Assembly (NCBI GenBank): GCA_958296135.2
Contig: CATQHZ020000001.1
Span: 1,952,001-2,016,000 of the forward strand
From: an uncultured Poribacteria bacterium
Lineage (GTDB): Bacteria; Poribacteria; WGA-4E; WGA-3G
Direction of reading: 5' to 3'
DNA: 64,000 bases
Shown: positions 46,389 to 56,049 of the stretch, in pieces
Layout of the letters: each line of letters opens with the position of its first letter
How positions within the stretch are numbered: the first letter of the stretch is position 1
Made by a program: the position numbers and the translations under genes
Notes under the pieces: model-generated
What the model saw: the letters and a program-made list of their open reading frames with translations, nothing else
Database searches by the model: none
Told to the model about the DNA's origin: nothing

Positions 46389-49352
46389 CTACTGGGAAGA
46401 ATTCGCGAAGCGCGCTAATTCATGCCGCAGCCGCTGCGGATCGCGGCACACATGGAAACGCCATGTTCCGAGTTCCCGCCAGTTATTAACAGCCGAAACC
46501 CACCGCTTCGCCGCCTCATGTTTGGCAAGTGCCTGATCTGGTTCAAATCCCTTAATCTCCAAAATGAGATGGATACCGTTCGCGAGCCGGACGATGAAAT
46601 CTGGTTCGTAGGCGTGAGAAACGCCGGTGTATTCATACGGAATGCTCAACCCAAGCCGGTCATTCCGGACATAGCCCATTACCTCTTCAGAATGCTCCAG
46701 CCAGAAACAGGCAGAACGTTCCCACGTGTCCGTATCCAGCACGACTTGGTTGACATGGCTCTTTTGCGTTCCATGACAAGGACGCGCCGTGAGAAAATTC
46801 ACGTTTGCCGACGTGCCGATAGGCTCGTAACGGTTCAAAATGGGTAGCAACGGGACTTCGCCGCGCGTCTCATTCGGCTGAATGGCCGCCAAAAGGCGTT
46901 CCTCGACAAGCGTCACATACCGCTCTTGCGCCAGAGCCAACGGATTCTCCCCGCGGAAGTCCACCTTTTTCTCAACGTAGTCATCCACGAACCGAAATAC
47001 CTGCGGAAAGAGCCGGTGCCGAGAGTGCAGGCCGAGTTTTGCCCCGCGCTGTTTCGTGCTATTGTCTATCAATTTTTGGACAATCTGATGCGCTATTGTG
47101 AACTTAACCGCCTGAAGGTGCGTCGTCTTGTAAAAAGCCGCTTTATCATGGACGACGGTCTGCCCAGGGCCCAAGAGGGATGGGGAGCCGGTATCATAAC
47201 CTACAGAGGGTTTGACGAACGTCGCAGTCGGATTCCGGTCCGGTTGCAGGTGGAGCGGCTCCATCGCGTTGATGTCCGCCTTGAGCTCGTTTTTGCGGAG
47301 CGCGAAGACGTAGCCTTCAACGTTCGGGAATCTTATCTCAAAATCTGCCCGCTCTGGCATCGCCCGGACATGATTCTTCGGCCTGTCAATCGGTTCAGGT
47401 TTGCCAGTAGGGCGGCCCTTGAACGGAATCACCGAAAACGGGATGCCGTAGACATCAACATACTCTTCGGTGAGCAGGCCCGTCCCCGGGTCCGGCGTAT
47501 AACTCATGCGGCGCAGCCCACGCCCGACTACCTGTTCACAGAGTAGCTGACTGCTGAAGGCGCGCAATCCCAGAATATGCGTGACATTATTCGCATCCCA
47601 TCCTTCGTTGAGCATCGCCACTGAGACGACACACCGAACCTGCTCTCCCGGTTGCCCCTTCTTTCCGATTGTGGCGACAATCCGCCGCAAATCCTCCGCG
47701 GCTTGCGTCCGGTTCTTGCTCGGGTCGGCATTTTCTGCCTCGGCCAGCATTCTGCTATCAATTCGCAGCGTTCTTAAGACACCTTCACTATTGGATAGAA
47801 AATCAGGAAACAGCGCGCCCTGCCCGTAGTCTGTCTGTTTTCTCGCTTTCCCCTTTTTGCTGTTTTGTTCCACAACCTCCACAACTTTCTCGCCGGAGAT
47901 TTTACGGAAAAAGAACGCCGCGATATCGGTATTGGCACACACGATGATGATGACAGGCGGCGTTTTCTCCTGTGCATCGGACGCTTCTTGGATGTATTCA
48001 AAGCGTTCTTTCCACTGGCTTGCCAGCGTGATGAGCGCGCCTTCCGCTTCCCGATAAACTGCCGCCGGCCCGGGCCTTCCACCCCTCAGCCGTTCTGCCG
48101 GCAAAATCTCGTCGTTAATCGTCTTCCAAAGTCGGAAGAACTTCGGTTCCGGTCGGCCGGTGCTATCGCTGACTGGCAAGCGTGGAATCTTGGTAATGCC
48201 GCTCTCGATCGCATCCACTAATCCAAAATCGCTGACGAGCCACGGGAAAGGCGAACCTTCCGGATGTCCGCTGCCGTGGATGTAAAACGGCGTAGCGGAG
48301 AGATCGACGCAGAACCGCACGCCGCACGCTTGATTCATCCGGTCCAAGCCGCTAATCCACACGGTGGCTTCTTCACGTTCCTTTTTTGCATCGGCGGATA
48401 ACTTCTCATCGGTAGCCGCGGGCCGATAGGCGTGATGTCCCTCATCGTTCAGCACCATGAGCGGGGCGCGTTCGTAGAGCTCGCCCAAGACGCGCCGCGC
48501 AAAAGCGTCCGGGGTTTCCTCTCCCTTATCGACAACATCGTAGGTTTGGCCCCCCTCGTGATGCGGCGACTCCAGCGCGAATTGATGCCAATTGGTAACC
48601 AGCACCTTCCCCTTGTTCAGCAACGGGCGAAGCTTCGTCGGGATGAGCGTGAATTCATCGTAGTAGTTATCCACAGATTCCGGACGCAAGACCTGGAGGC
48701 GTTGCTTAATCGTCAAGTTTGGACAGACGACCAGGGCGGCAGCAGGAAACCGCTCATCGGATGGCACTTTCCCGCGGTTGCAAAACGCCCAGGCGATGAG
48801 CATCGCCATCACTACCGTCTTGCCGCTGCCTGTCGCCATTTTGCATCCATAGCGGATGAGCTCCGTGAGTTCTGCCGTGTTCGGCGCGTCTACCAGTTTG
48901 CTGAGTGCTGCAGCACTGAATTGCGGTTTAAACCGTGGCCCTCTGCCGCCCCGGAGAATCTCAACGAGATAGATAATCGTCTCAACCGCTTCGCGTTGGC
49001 AAAAGAACAGCCGATGCTTTAGATTATCGCTTGCCCAGTGCCGCAGCAGCTCGCGAGTGACAGGCGTGACGTTCGGGTAATTCGTTTCGCGCCACCGTTT
49101 CACATCGGCGCGGAGCGCGTTGACTATCGGCAAATCGTCGCGCTCTTCCTCTTGGATGAACTGCATCTGCTGCTGTTCGCTGCCGGTGCGCTGCGTCTTA
49201 TACCAATAGCCTGCCTCGCGCCGGCCGGGATTTTTGACAGCCTCACCGGTGTCGGTATCGTAAACCCAATGATCGCTGGGCTCCTCGTAAGGACTGCACA
49301 AGATAGGCTGTTCAACCGGTTGAATCGGGATTTCAAGCTGATTTTTGTTCAT
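46389..49352 (-). CDS. type III-like restriction endonuclease/helicase subunit (Res)
   Basis: FFCQREA, KMATGSGKT, NDEGHH, SATP, EGWD, EQVVGRGLRR, C-terminal YEPDF..LEIKG nuclease motif. Confidence 0.9.
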   Translation of the reverse strand: MNKNQLEIPIQPVEQPILCSPYEEPSDHWVYDTDTGEAVKNPGRREAGYWYKTQRTGSEQQQMQFIQEEERDDLPIVNALRADVKRWRETNYPNVTPVTRELLRHWASDNLKHRLFFCQREAVETIIYLVEILRGGRGPRFKPQFSAAALSKLVDAPNTAELTELIRYGCKMATGSGKTVVMAMLIAWAFCNRGKVPSDERFPAAALVVCPNLTIKQRLQVLRPESVDNYYDEFTLIPTKLRPLLNKGKVLVTNWHQFALESPHHEGGQTYDVVDKGEETPDAFARRVLGELYERAPLMVLNDEGHHAYRPAATDEKLSADAKKEREEATVWISGLDRMNQACGVRFCVDLSATPFYIHGSGHPEGSPFPWLVSDFGLVDAIESGITKIPRLPVSDSTGRPEPKFFRLWKTINDEILPAERLRGGRPGPAAVYREAEGALITLASQWKERFEYIQEASDAQEKTPPVIIIVCANTDIAAFFFRKISGEKVVEVVEQNSKKGKARKQTDYGQGALFPDFLSNSEGVLRTLRIDSRMLAEAENADPSKNRTQAAEDLRRIVATIGKKGQPGEQVRCVVSVAMLNEGWDANNVTHILGLRAFSSQLLCEQVVGRGLRRMSYTPDPGTGLLTEEYVDVYGIPFSVIPFKGRPTGKPEPIDRPKNHVRAMPERADFEIRFPNVEGYVFALRKNELKADINAMEPLHLQPDRNPTATFVKPSVGYDTGSPSLLGPGQTVVHDKAAFYKTTHLQAVKFTIAHQIVQKLIDNSTKQRGAKLGLHSRHRLFPQVFRFVDDYVEKKVDFRGENPLALAQERYVTLVEERLLAAIQPNETRGEVPLLPILNRYEPIGTSANVNFLTARPCHGTQKSHVNQVVLDTDTWERSACFWLEHSEEVMGYVRNDRLGLSIPYEYTGVSHAYEPDFIVRLANGIHLILEIKGFEPDQALAKHEAAKRWVSAVNNWRELGTWRFHVCRDPQRLRHELARFANSSQ

Positions 49353-49782
49353 AGTGCGTAGATTCCTCCGTAACCGCGGTTGCATGCGTCAGTTGCGATG
49401 CAGTAGGAGAGACCTCCTGGTCTCGCTCCTCCGCCACCGCGGTTGTTGCATGCATCAGTTTCCTCCTCACGAGTGCGTAGAGGCTCATCTGCGACTTCGC
49501 GGCCTCGTCTGCGAGGGAGCGGTAAAGTTGTTCTTCAACAGGAACACTGACAGGTCCAACATACCCCTCCCGCGACGAGGGTTGCGGCAGAGGTTCACCG
49601 TCGGCTTGATAACAGTCTTTCATTAACTGCCATGCCGTTTTTAACTCGGTTAACGCTTTGGCCGGAGTTGGCCCGAAAGCTGAGACATTGGGCATCTCAA
49701 CAAGGTGCGCGAGATAATCACCATCTTCATCAAAGAAGAGGTTGACTGCGAAGCCATCAAATTCGTCGTGATTTTTTTGCAT
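49333..49782 (-). CDS. HicB-family antitoxin-like protein
   Basis: DGDYLAHLVEMPNVSAFGPTP--AL-EL--AW...GEPLP-P, followed by an RHH-like segment. Confidence 0.75.
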   Translation of the reverse strand: MQKNHDEFDGFAVNLFFDEDGDYLAHLVEMPNVSAFGPTPAKALTELKTAWQLMKDCYQADGEPLPQPSSREGYVGPVSVPVEEQLYRSLADEAAKSQMSLYALVRRKLMHATTAVAEERDQEVSPTASQLTHATAVTEESTHYEQKSA

Positions 49783-50797
49783 CTTCTGCCAAAGGGAAAC
49801 CAATGGCCCATTCATTCCAAATCTCGTTAGTTAACGCACCGCCAGCCTCAACGCGATGACGAACTTTTTCGCTGTATATTGAACTTGGCCACTGGCGCGT
49901 CGGTCCACCAGATTCGCGAGCAAAGTTCCTCAGGATTTCATAATAACTCGCTAAATCTCGTAGAGCCAGGTTTTCCCAAGCGAGCATTCGCGACAAAGAA
50001 TAAATAAAGACACCAATCGGAGTGAAAGGCTTAACTGGGTTATCAGGCGAGAAGGTGTATCCAATATAGTTACTAAGTGCCGAGCCATCAGGACCGAATG
50101 CCAAACACATTGGAGTTATAATTGAAGTTATAGTAGCCTCATCCAAACGACCTGCATTCTTAGCAATCAGTTGTCGTGGGCTCATGAACGTTATTTTCTG
50201 CACTGCCCATGTAGCAAGATCTGCAACACAGAGCACATCAAGGCATTCACGAGGATGCGAAATGTGCGACTGGTCGGATTCTAACAATCTCGTCGTAACA
50301 TTTTCCCGGGGTTTGGAGTTCTCCCCCTTCCAAGAGTGGGAATGCGCTAACAACCCATAGATAACGGGGGCATGCAGCTCCTGGTAGGGCGTTCCTACCC
50401 GGGACGGGCACAAATTTTTAATCAGCGCGCAGGTTTTTACTGCTTCTTCAATGTGCGATGCCTTCAAGGTAGTTTTGCATTCAAACGCAGCGGCGACACC
50501 TGCAGCTAAATACAATTTCTTGTTAAGCAACTTCTTGGGATACACATCCTTTAACACGAGCACATCAATCTGTGGACTCGTGCGTCCATCCTGACTGATG
50601 ATTCGCCCTTTTGTAACGACTTTATAGGTAGAAGGTATCCATCCCTGCAATAGTTCAGCCCAATTCTCCTCGCCTTGGTCGCCGGCGGTTCCCGGGTCTT
50701 TGGTTGCCCGTTTTTGAATGCGGTTGTATTCCGCGGCCATCTCGTCGCTAGTCTGCTGCAGGAAATCGTGTAGTTCGTGATTCATATTTTCAGACAT
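49757..50797 (-). CDS. DUF6602-like PD-(D/E)xK-type protein
   Basis: DPGTAGDQGEENW, KG-II...SPQIDVLV, AAFECKTTL. Confidence 0.7.
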   Translation of the reverse strand: MSENMNHELHDFLQQTSDEMAAEYNRIQKRATKDPGTAGDQGEENWAELLQGWIPSTYKVVTKGRIISQDGRTSPQIDVLVLKDVYPKKLLNKKLYLAAGVAAAFECKTTLKASHIEEAVKTCALIKNLCPSRVGTPYQELHAPVIYGLLAHSHSWKGENSKPRENVTTRLLESDQSHISHPRECLDVLCVADLATWAVQKITFMSPRQLIAKNAGRLDEATITSIITPMCLAFGPDGSALSNYIGYTFSPDNPVKPFTPIGVFIYSLSRMLAWENLALRDLASYYEILRNFARESGGPTRQWPSSIYSEKVRHRVEAGGALTNEIWNEWAIGFPLAEDAKKSRRI

Positions 50798-51006
50798 ATC
50801 TCACTCCGGCGCGTTCAATTTGAGGCCGAGACAGAAAATTGAATAGACAACGTGTTTTTTTCGTCACCCACTTCGTCTCACGATGCTAAAGTCACGCGAC
50901 AATTGCCAACTATAAACATGTCGCACCTTACGGTGCTCAAGAAGGAAACGCGCTGCATACTATAAACATGTCACTCCTAACGGAGTTAGGTTGCCAATGT
51001 TTTAAA

Positions 51007-51036
51007 ATGATAACACATGCAAACGCGTTTGTCAAG
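51007..51036 (-). promoter_or_regulatory. sigma70 promoter, copy 1 of an exact 30-bp direct repeat
   Basis: atgataacacatgcaaacgcgtttgtcaag = minus-strand TTGACA-17-TATCAT; identical at 51824-51853. Confidence 0.8.
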
Positions 51037-51165
51037 TCAATTAGATATGCAACCGGAACCATTTCGTTTTTTTGATAACACTGTCGTTTGCGCACGGAGA
51101 ACTAAAACAGGTCGCGTGTTATCAAGCCCCACCTATTTGGAGAGGGGACAGACGCTGCCGCGCTT

Positions 51166-51756
51166 TCACACAAACAGCACTTCAACTTCACACCGGAACC
51201 CCACAACAACATCGCCTCCCACTAAGATGTCAGCCCCACTTAAAACGGTGAACTCTTCAGCCGAGCGGTGGACTTCCACCGTTTCACGGCGCGGATTAAT
51301 CACCCACACCATCGCACACCCGGCGTTCAACCAGTCTTCAACTTTTTCAGCGACCTCGGTGTAGGTATCGCCAGGCGAGATGACTTCCACGGCGAGGTCT
51401 GGCGCGCCTTCCCAATAGCCTTTTACGATACCTTGCTGCTCAATGGACTCCCGACGCACGAAGGCGGCATCCGGCGCGCGCACCGTATCAGGGTTTCGGG
51501 AAATCGTGAAACCTGTTTCGGCACCACAGACATAACCGAGCCCATGCTTTTCAACGTGCACGTGAAGTAGGCTCCCAATTTTAACCGAACGGATGCCGTG
51601 TTCAAATCCTGCAGGTGGCATTTTCCGGAGGACTCCCTTCACCAATTCATACCGATAACCGTCATCCGGCATTTTCCACAACTCTGCTGCCGTTAACAAT
51701 ATCGGCGGCACGGATGGCAGTGTGGGTGCCAGCGGATTCAGTTGCGTTTCTGCCAT
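51166..51756 (-). CDS. Uma2-family endonuclease
   Basis: RYELVKG, APDAAFV, PDLAVEVISP, WLNAGCAMVWVINP. Confidence 0.9.
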   Translation of the reverse strand: MAETQLNPLAPTLPSVPPILLTAAELWKMPDDGYRYELVKGVLRKMPPAGFEHGIRSVKIGSLLHVHVEKHGLGYVCGAETGFTISRNPDTVRAPDAAFVRRESIEQQGIVKGYWEGAPDLAVEVISPGDTYTEVAEKVEDWLNAGCAMVWVINPRRETVEVHRSAEEFTVLSGADILVGGDVVVGFRCEVEVLFV

Positions 51757-51823
51757 TTTGTTCTCCTCGGTTGTTGGCTATTGTGTTAACAGAACTTACG
51801 CAAAGAAAGTTTCTGCTCTTAAG

Positions 51824-51853
51824 ATGATAACACATGCAAACGCGTTTGTCAAG
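51824..51853 (-). promoter_or_regulatory. sigma70 promoter, copy 2 of the 30-bp direct repeat
   Basis: Identical to 51007-51036; lies upstream of the Uma2 gene. Confidence 0.8.
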
Positions 51854-51867
51854 CCGATTTGGGAAAA

Positions 51868-54800
51868 TTACGTAGATCCCTCTTCGCCCAAATCATGCAC
51901 GCGCATCACCTCATTCCCACGCGCATCGATGACTTTCACAGCAACCCGCTGATGCTGACCTGCAGCGAAAGGCAGCGATACCGTCCCGCTGAACAGCTCA
52001 AAACGTTCCGCGTCAACGACACCTTTCAGCGCACGCGCAATCCGTTCCCACGCCTTCTTATCAGGAAAGAATGCCTGCGAGATGCAGAAGGTGCTTTCGT
52101 CATAATCGGTATCCACAAACCACGCCGCCACTTTGTCGGCATTTGCGGAAAAAACCTCGTTCTTGACTGGTTCGTAGATATCCACTCCCTCCATCGTGAC
52201 AGTATATTTGCCATCGGTTGGCCCGTCAAGTGTGGTGCGCGGCAAACCGAACACAGTGAACAATTGCGCGGAAGGCGTGTCCTTGAGCAGGTTCCCCATC
52301 ATCACATCGGGATTGATGTGCGCGAGATGGCTGCGAACGATCGGATCTGGATCTGCCTGAATAGCCGCCTGTGCCGCACCATCAAAACTGAAACCGGCGA
52401 AAACCAACTCATCATAACCGCGTTGCGCTGCAATTCGTAAGCAGCGGCTAACTTGCAGTGCTGTCACCGGTCCGTGCTGCGGCCCAAAAGTCACCGCAAC
52501 CCTTCGCTCCGTTCCTTCCCACCAGCCTTCGGCGTGGAGGATACCTCCCTCCAGCGCGTCCAACGCAGCAAATTGCATCGTCTGATTATTCGGAAACCGC
52601 ACGCCATCTTGGCGCAGCAACCGAATCATCTCAGTTAGATGTGCCTCGGCGTTGGAGGAGGGATGCTTTTGAGACCGGGAGGGCTCGCCTAGTGATTTTC
52701 GAGACCGGGAGGTCTCTCCTACAGGAGGAGTGTCGAGACCAGAGGGCTCGCCTACCGAGTGTCGAGACCGGGAGGTCTCTCCTACAGGAGGAGTGTCGAG
52801 ACCAGAGGGCTCGCCTACCGAGTGTCGAGACCGGGAGGTCTCTCCTACAGGAGGAGTGTCGAGACCAGAGGGCTCGCCTACCGAGTCAAACGTATCCAAT
52901 GCCTCGGCTGGTTCGCCGCCGATAGGCGATTCGGTATCTAACGATGCTTCGGCGGGTTGCACCGCTTCTACCGTGAAGGGACCGCTGACGCGCAACTTCC
53001 CGCGCTCAACTTGCGGCTGATCGACCAGCTCCTCGCCTTCAGAGGCAGCCTCGATGCAGGCGTTCACTGCCTTCATCTTCGCCTGAAATGCTTCTCGGTA
53101 ATCTGTCAGTGCGGTTCGCAATGCGTCAGGCCAGGCCGGATCTGTGTCAAACGGCACCTCCCACTCTTGCCATGCAGTTTCGGGAAGCATCCATCGCCGC
53201 CGGTCTGCTTCGGTGATGGCTCTTTTGCCCTCGCGCTTCTGCTTCGCCGCTAATTTGGCAAGCAGCTCAGCGCGGGTTGATTTGCCGACTGCTGCGAGGT
53301 GACGATTGAGTGCCGCCAATTTCGCCGCCAGAATCGGCTCATGCTTGGCGAAAATCGGATCGAGTGCATCATTTTGCGCAATGCTTCTGAGTGTAATGTG
53401 CGGCACAACTTTGTTGACGAATCCGCCGGCGATACCCGCTGACGGTTCTTGGAGTTGATAATAGTCAAAACTGCTCGTCAAGAGGCGTTGGCGCGCGAGG
53501 GCAATGGCAACGCGGCTGGTATCGATGGTTATCCAACGTCTGCCCCACTGCTCGGCGACATAGGCGGTGGTGCCGCTGCCGCACGTCGGATCGAGGACGA
53601 GATCTCCCGGGTCACTTGTCATCAACATACAACGTTGAATGACCCTTGTGCTAGTTTCTACGACATACCGACGATTTTGTGCCCCGCCAACGTCATTCCA
53701 TAAATGGTCGAGACGCTTAACAGGAAAATCGGAATGTTTTTGGACATAGCCAGGTCTTGCTCCTGAACCCCAAACTCGGTTGGCGGCTAACAACGTCTTC
53801 ATTCCGGACTCAGTAGTCTTCCAACTGTAACGTCCCTGCCTCACAAGGCGACCTTCAAAATTGAAATCGTAGTAACAAGATTTGGTGTAGCCTGTAGACA
53901 ACAGATTACCGAGTGTAAATGGCGTGGATCCATCCGGCAATAGAGTGGGTCTTCGCATTTCTTGTTGAGTCATTGGCCGCTTAGTTCCATCACTTAATTC
54001 AACATATTTGTATGACGACCCTTCCCCCACACCTTTTGGTAAAAACAATGGGCGATATTTGCACTCGCTTTTGTTTTTCGCAAACCAAATGATGTAGTCG
54101 CAACGGCTGACGAGCAATTTACTCCCTAAAGGCGAAGTCTTGGTAAACGTGATCTGGCTTACAAAATTCTCACTGCCAAACACCTCATCCATGAGGCATC
54201 GCACCCGATGCACGTTTTCATCGCTGATCTGGACAAAGATGCTGCCGCTATCGGTGAGCAGTTCTCTCGCGACGACTAGCCTATCACGCAGATAGGCGAG
54301 ATAGGAATGCACGCCGAGGTGCCATGTATCGCGGTATGCCTGAATCTGTTCCGGTTCGCGCGTCAGGTCTGTCTGCCTGTCCGTGACGTTCCGCTGAAAA
54401 ACGTTGGGTTGGAAGTTGGAGGCGAACTTTATGCCGTAGGGCGGATCGAAGTAAATCGTCTGCACCTTTCCCCCGAGGTCTTCGCGGTGTGCGAGGGAGC
54501 TCATGACGGTGAGACTATCGCCGAGGATGAGACGGTTTGCCCACTCTACGTCGTGCTGATAAAACTCTACCGTTTCGTTGTATTCCAGCTGCGGGTCAGC
54601 GAAGAGATTGCGTTGGACATTTTCGCGTGCGGCGATTTTCATAATGGCTTTCGCGCTGACGCGTTCGTGGATATGCAACGCAACCGGGTCTACGGCGAAC
54701 GATTGCGCCTCCTGTTTACCGCTCCATTCCAGCCAAGGTTCGTGTTGCTGGAGTGCCTCCGCGAGGAGAGCAACTTCCTCTTCGGAAAGCGGTCCGCGCG

Positions 54801-55026
54801 CTGCCTTTTGGAGCAGCTCGGGAATCCGGTCTGCGTCGCCGTTTCCGTCAAAGCGGAGCGTTGGCGGCCGGTGTGGGTTATAGGCGTATTCCACCTTCGG
54901 CGGTTCGTTAATTCTCCCACGCGCGGCGATGCCGGCTGCTGGGTTGTTCTTCCGTTTAGCGTTATCGTGTCGGTAGTCTTGGATTTCGGTATCTTGTTTT
55001 TTGGCGGTTCGTTTCTTCCTTGCCAT
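51868..55026 (-). CDS. type III-like site-specific adenine DNA methyltransferase (Mod)
   Basis: NRLILGDSL, YFDPPYG, DPTCGSGTT, C-terminal AVKVIDARGNE; AAGGAGG RBS. Confidence 0.92.
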   Translation of the reverse strand: MARKKRTAKKQDTEIQDYRHDNAKRKNNPAAGIAARGRINEPPKVEYAYNPHRPPTLRFDGNGDADRIPELLQKAARGPLSEEEVALLAEALQQHEPWLEWSGKQEAQSFAVDPVALHIHERVSAKAIMKIAARENVQRNLFADPQLEYNETVEFYQHDVEWANRLILGDSLTVMSSLAHREDLGGKVQTIYFDPPYGIKFASNFQPNVFQRNVTDRQTDLTREPEQIQAYRDTWHLGVHSYLAYLRDRLVVARELLTDSGSIFVQISDENVHRVRCLMDEVFGSENFVSQITFTKTSPLGSKLLVSRCDYIIWFAKNKSECKYRPLFLPKGVGEGSSYKYVELSDGTKRPMTQQEMRRPTLLPDGSTPFTLGNLLSTGYTKSCYYDFNFEGRLVRQGRYSWKTTESGMKTLLAANRVWGSGARPGYVQKHSDFPVKRLDHLWNDVGGAQNRRYVVETSTRVIQRCMLMTSDPGDLVLDPTCGSGTTAYVAEQWGRRWITIDTSRVAIALARQRLLTSSFDYYQLQEPSAGIAGGFVNKVVPHITLRSIAQNDALDPIFAKHEPILAAKLAALNRHLAAVGKSTRAELLAKLAAKQKREGKRAITEADRRRWMLPETAWQEWEVPFDTDPAWPDALRTALTDYREAFQAKMKAVNACIEAASEGEELVDQPQVERGKLRVSGPFTVEAVQPAEASLDTESPIGGEPAEALDTFDSVGEPSGLDTPPVGETSRSRHSVGEPSGLDTPPVGETSRSRHSVGEPSGLDTPPVGETSRSRKSLGEPSRSQKHPSSNAEAHLTEMIRLLRQDGVRFPNNQTMQFAALDALEGGILHAEGWWEGTERRVAVTFGPQHGPVTALQVSRCLRIAAQRGYDELVFAGFSFDGAAQAAIQADPDPIVRSHLAHINPDVMMGNLLKDTPSAQLFTVFGLPRTTLDGPTDGKYTVTMEGVDIYEPVKNEVFSANADKVAAWFVDTDYDESTFCISQAFFPDKKAWERIARALKGVVDAERFELFSGTVSLPFAAGQHQRVAVKVIDARGNEVMRVHDLGEEGST
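52671..52884 (-). repeat. in-frame 63-bp x3 (+partial) REP-like tandem insertion in Mod
   Basis: Encodes (SVGEPSGLDTPPVGETSRSRH)x3; DNA matches intergenic elements at 25967-26030. Confidence 0.9.
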
Positions 55027-55169
55027 AGATATCCCTCCTTTGTGCTAGGGAAATTATAGCATAAAAATGCAATTGCGGTCAAGTTTTCTTGAAAAACGGT
55101 GTTTTTTGTTGTATAATTACGGTGAAATGTAGTATAATAATAGAAGCATTTAAGGTTAAGGAGGGAAAT

Positions 55170-56033
55170 TTGGAGAAACTTCTACCTGTCGATCGTTACA
55201 TGAAAGCCAATCTCAATGTGCATCTAGACAAACTCGAAGATATTCTCAACGCAGATGTGCTGACAATCTTCGGTCCAATAAGAACAGGGCTGGATAAAAC
55301 CGTCAAGGAGGCTGTTGAGCTTTTCCAAAATCGGAGAACCACAATAGCGGTGATTTTAGACACGCTTGGTGGCACCGCCGAAGTTGTTGAGCGTCTAGTG
55401 GATGTTATCCGTCACCACTATGATGAGGTTGATTTTCTGATTCCTGACCGGGCTATGTCTGCTGGAACGATTTTCACGATGGCAGGCGACCGGATTTTCA
55501 TGGGTTACTTTTCGGGTTTGGGTCCGATCGATCCCCAGATTGAAAAGGATGGAAGACTTTTTCCTGCCTTGGGGTATTTAACCCAATATGAGCGGCTGTG
55601 CAAAAAAGCCGCGAATCAAGAGTTGAACACGGCAGAATTGATACTTCTCGAAAAACTTGAACTTGTTGAACTTTACGAGTTTGAGCAGGCGCGCGAACTA
55701 TCACACGAACTGCTGACAAATTGGCTTTCTACCTATAAATTCAAGGATTGGAACACTCACAGTTCAACAAGAAAACCTGTCACTGACAAGGAGAAGGTGC
55801 AAAGAGCAGAAGAGGTTGCCTCCGTATTGAGTAACAATGAACGGTGGCACTCTCACGCGCGCACGATTTCCAGAGACACATTACGCTCGGAATTACGCTT
55901 GAAAATCGAAAATTTCGAGGACATTTGCGAGCTACCCACCGCTATTGATGAATACTTCGGGCTGATCAAAGATTATGTTCAACGCGAGCAACTTCTCTGG
56001 TTTGTCCACACCCGCGACTACTTTGTCGTGTAA
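55170..56033 (+). CDS. SDH_sah / ClpP-like serine protease
   Basis: AAGGAGG then TTG; LDTLGG, AMSAGT, LGPIDPQ, HSHARTI. Confidence 0.85.
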   Translation: MEKLLPVDRYMKANLNVHLDKLEDILNADVLTIFGPIRTGLDKTVKEAVELFQNRRTTIAVILDTLGGTAEVVERLVDVIRHHYDEVDFLIPDRAMSAGTIFTMAGDRIFMGYFSGLGPIDPQIEKDGRLFPALGYLTQYERLCKKAANQELNTAELILLEKLELVELYEFEQARELSHELLTNWLSTYKFKDWNTHSSTRKPVTDKEKVQRAEEVASVLSNNERWHSHARTISRDTLRSELRLKIENFEDICELPTAIDEYFGLIKDYVQREQLLWFVHTRDYFVV

Positions 56034-56049
56034 GGAGAGGAGATGTCCA

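Noticed and set aside
51868-55026. Simple-sequence-repeat phase variation of mod
   Set aside because: No homopolymer or short SSR tract seen; the only repeat is the frame-preserving 63-bp unit.
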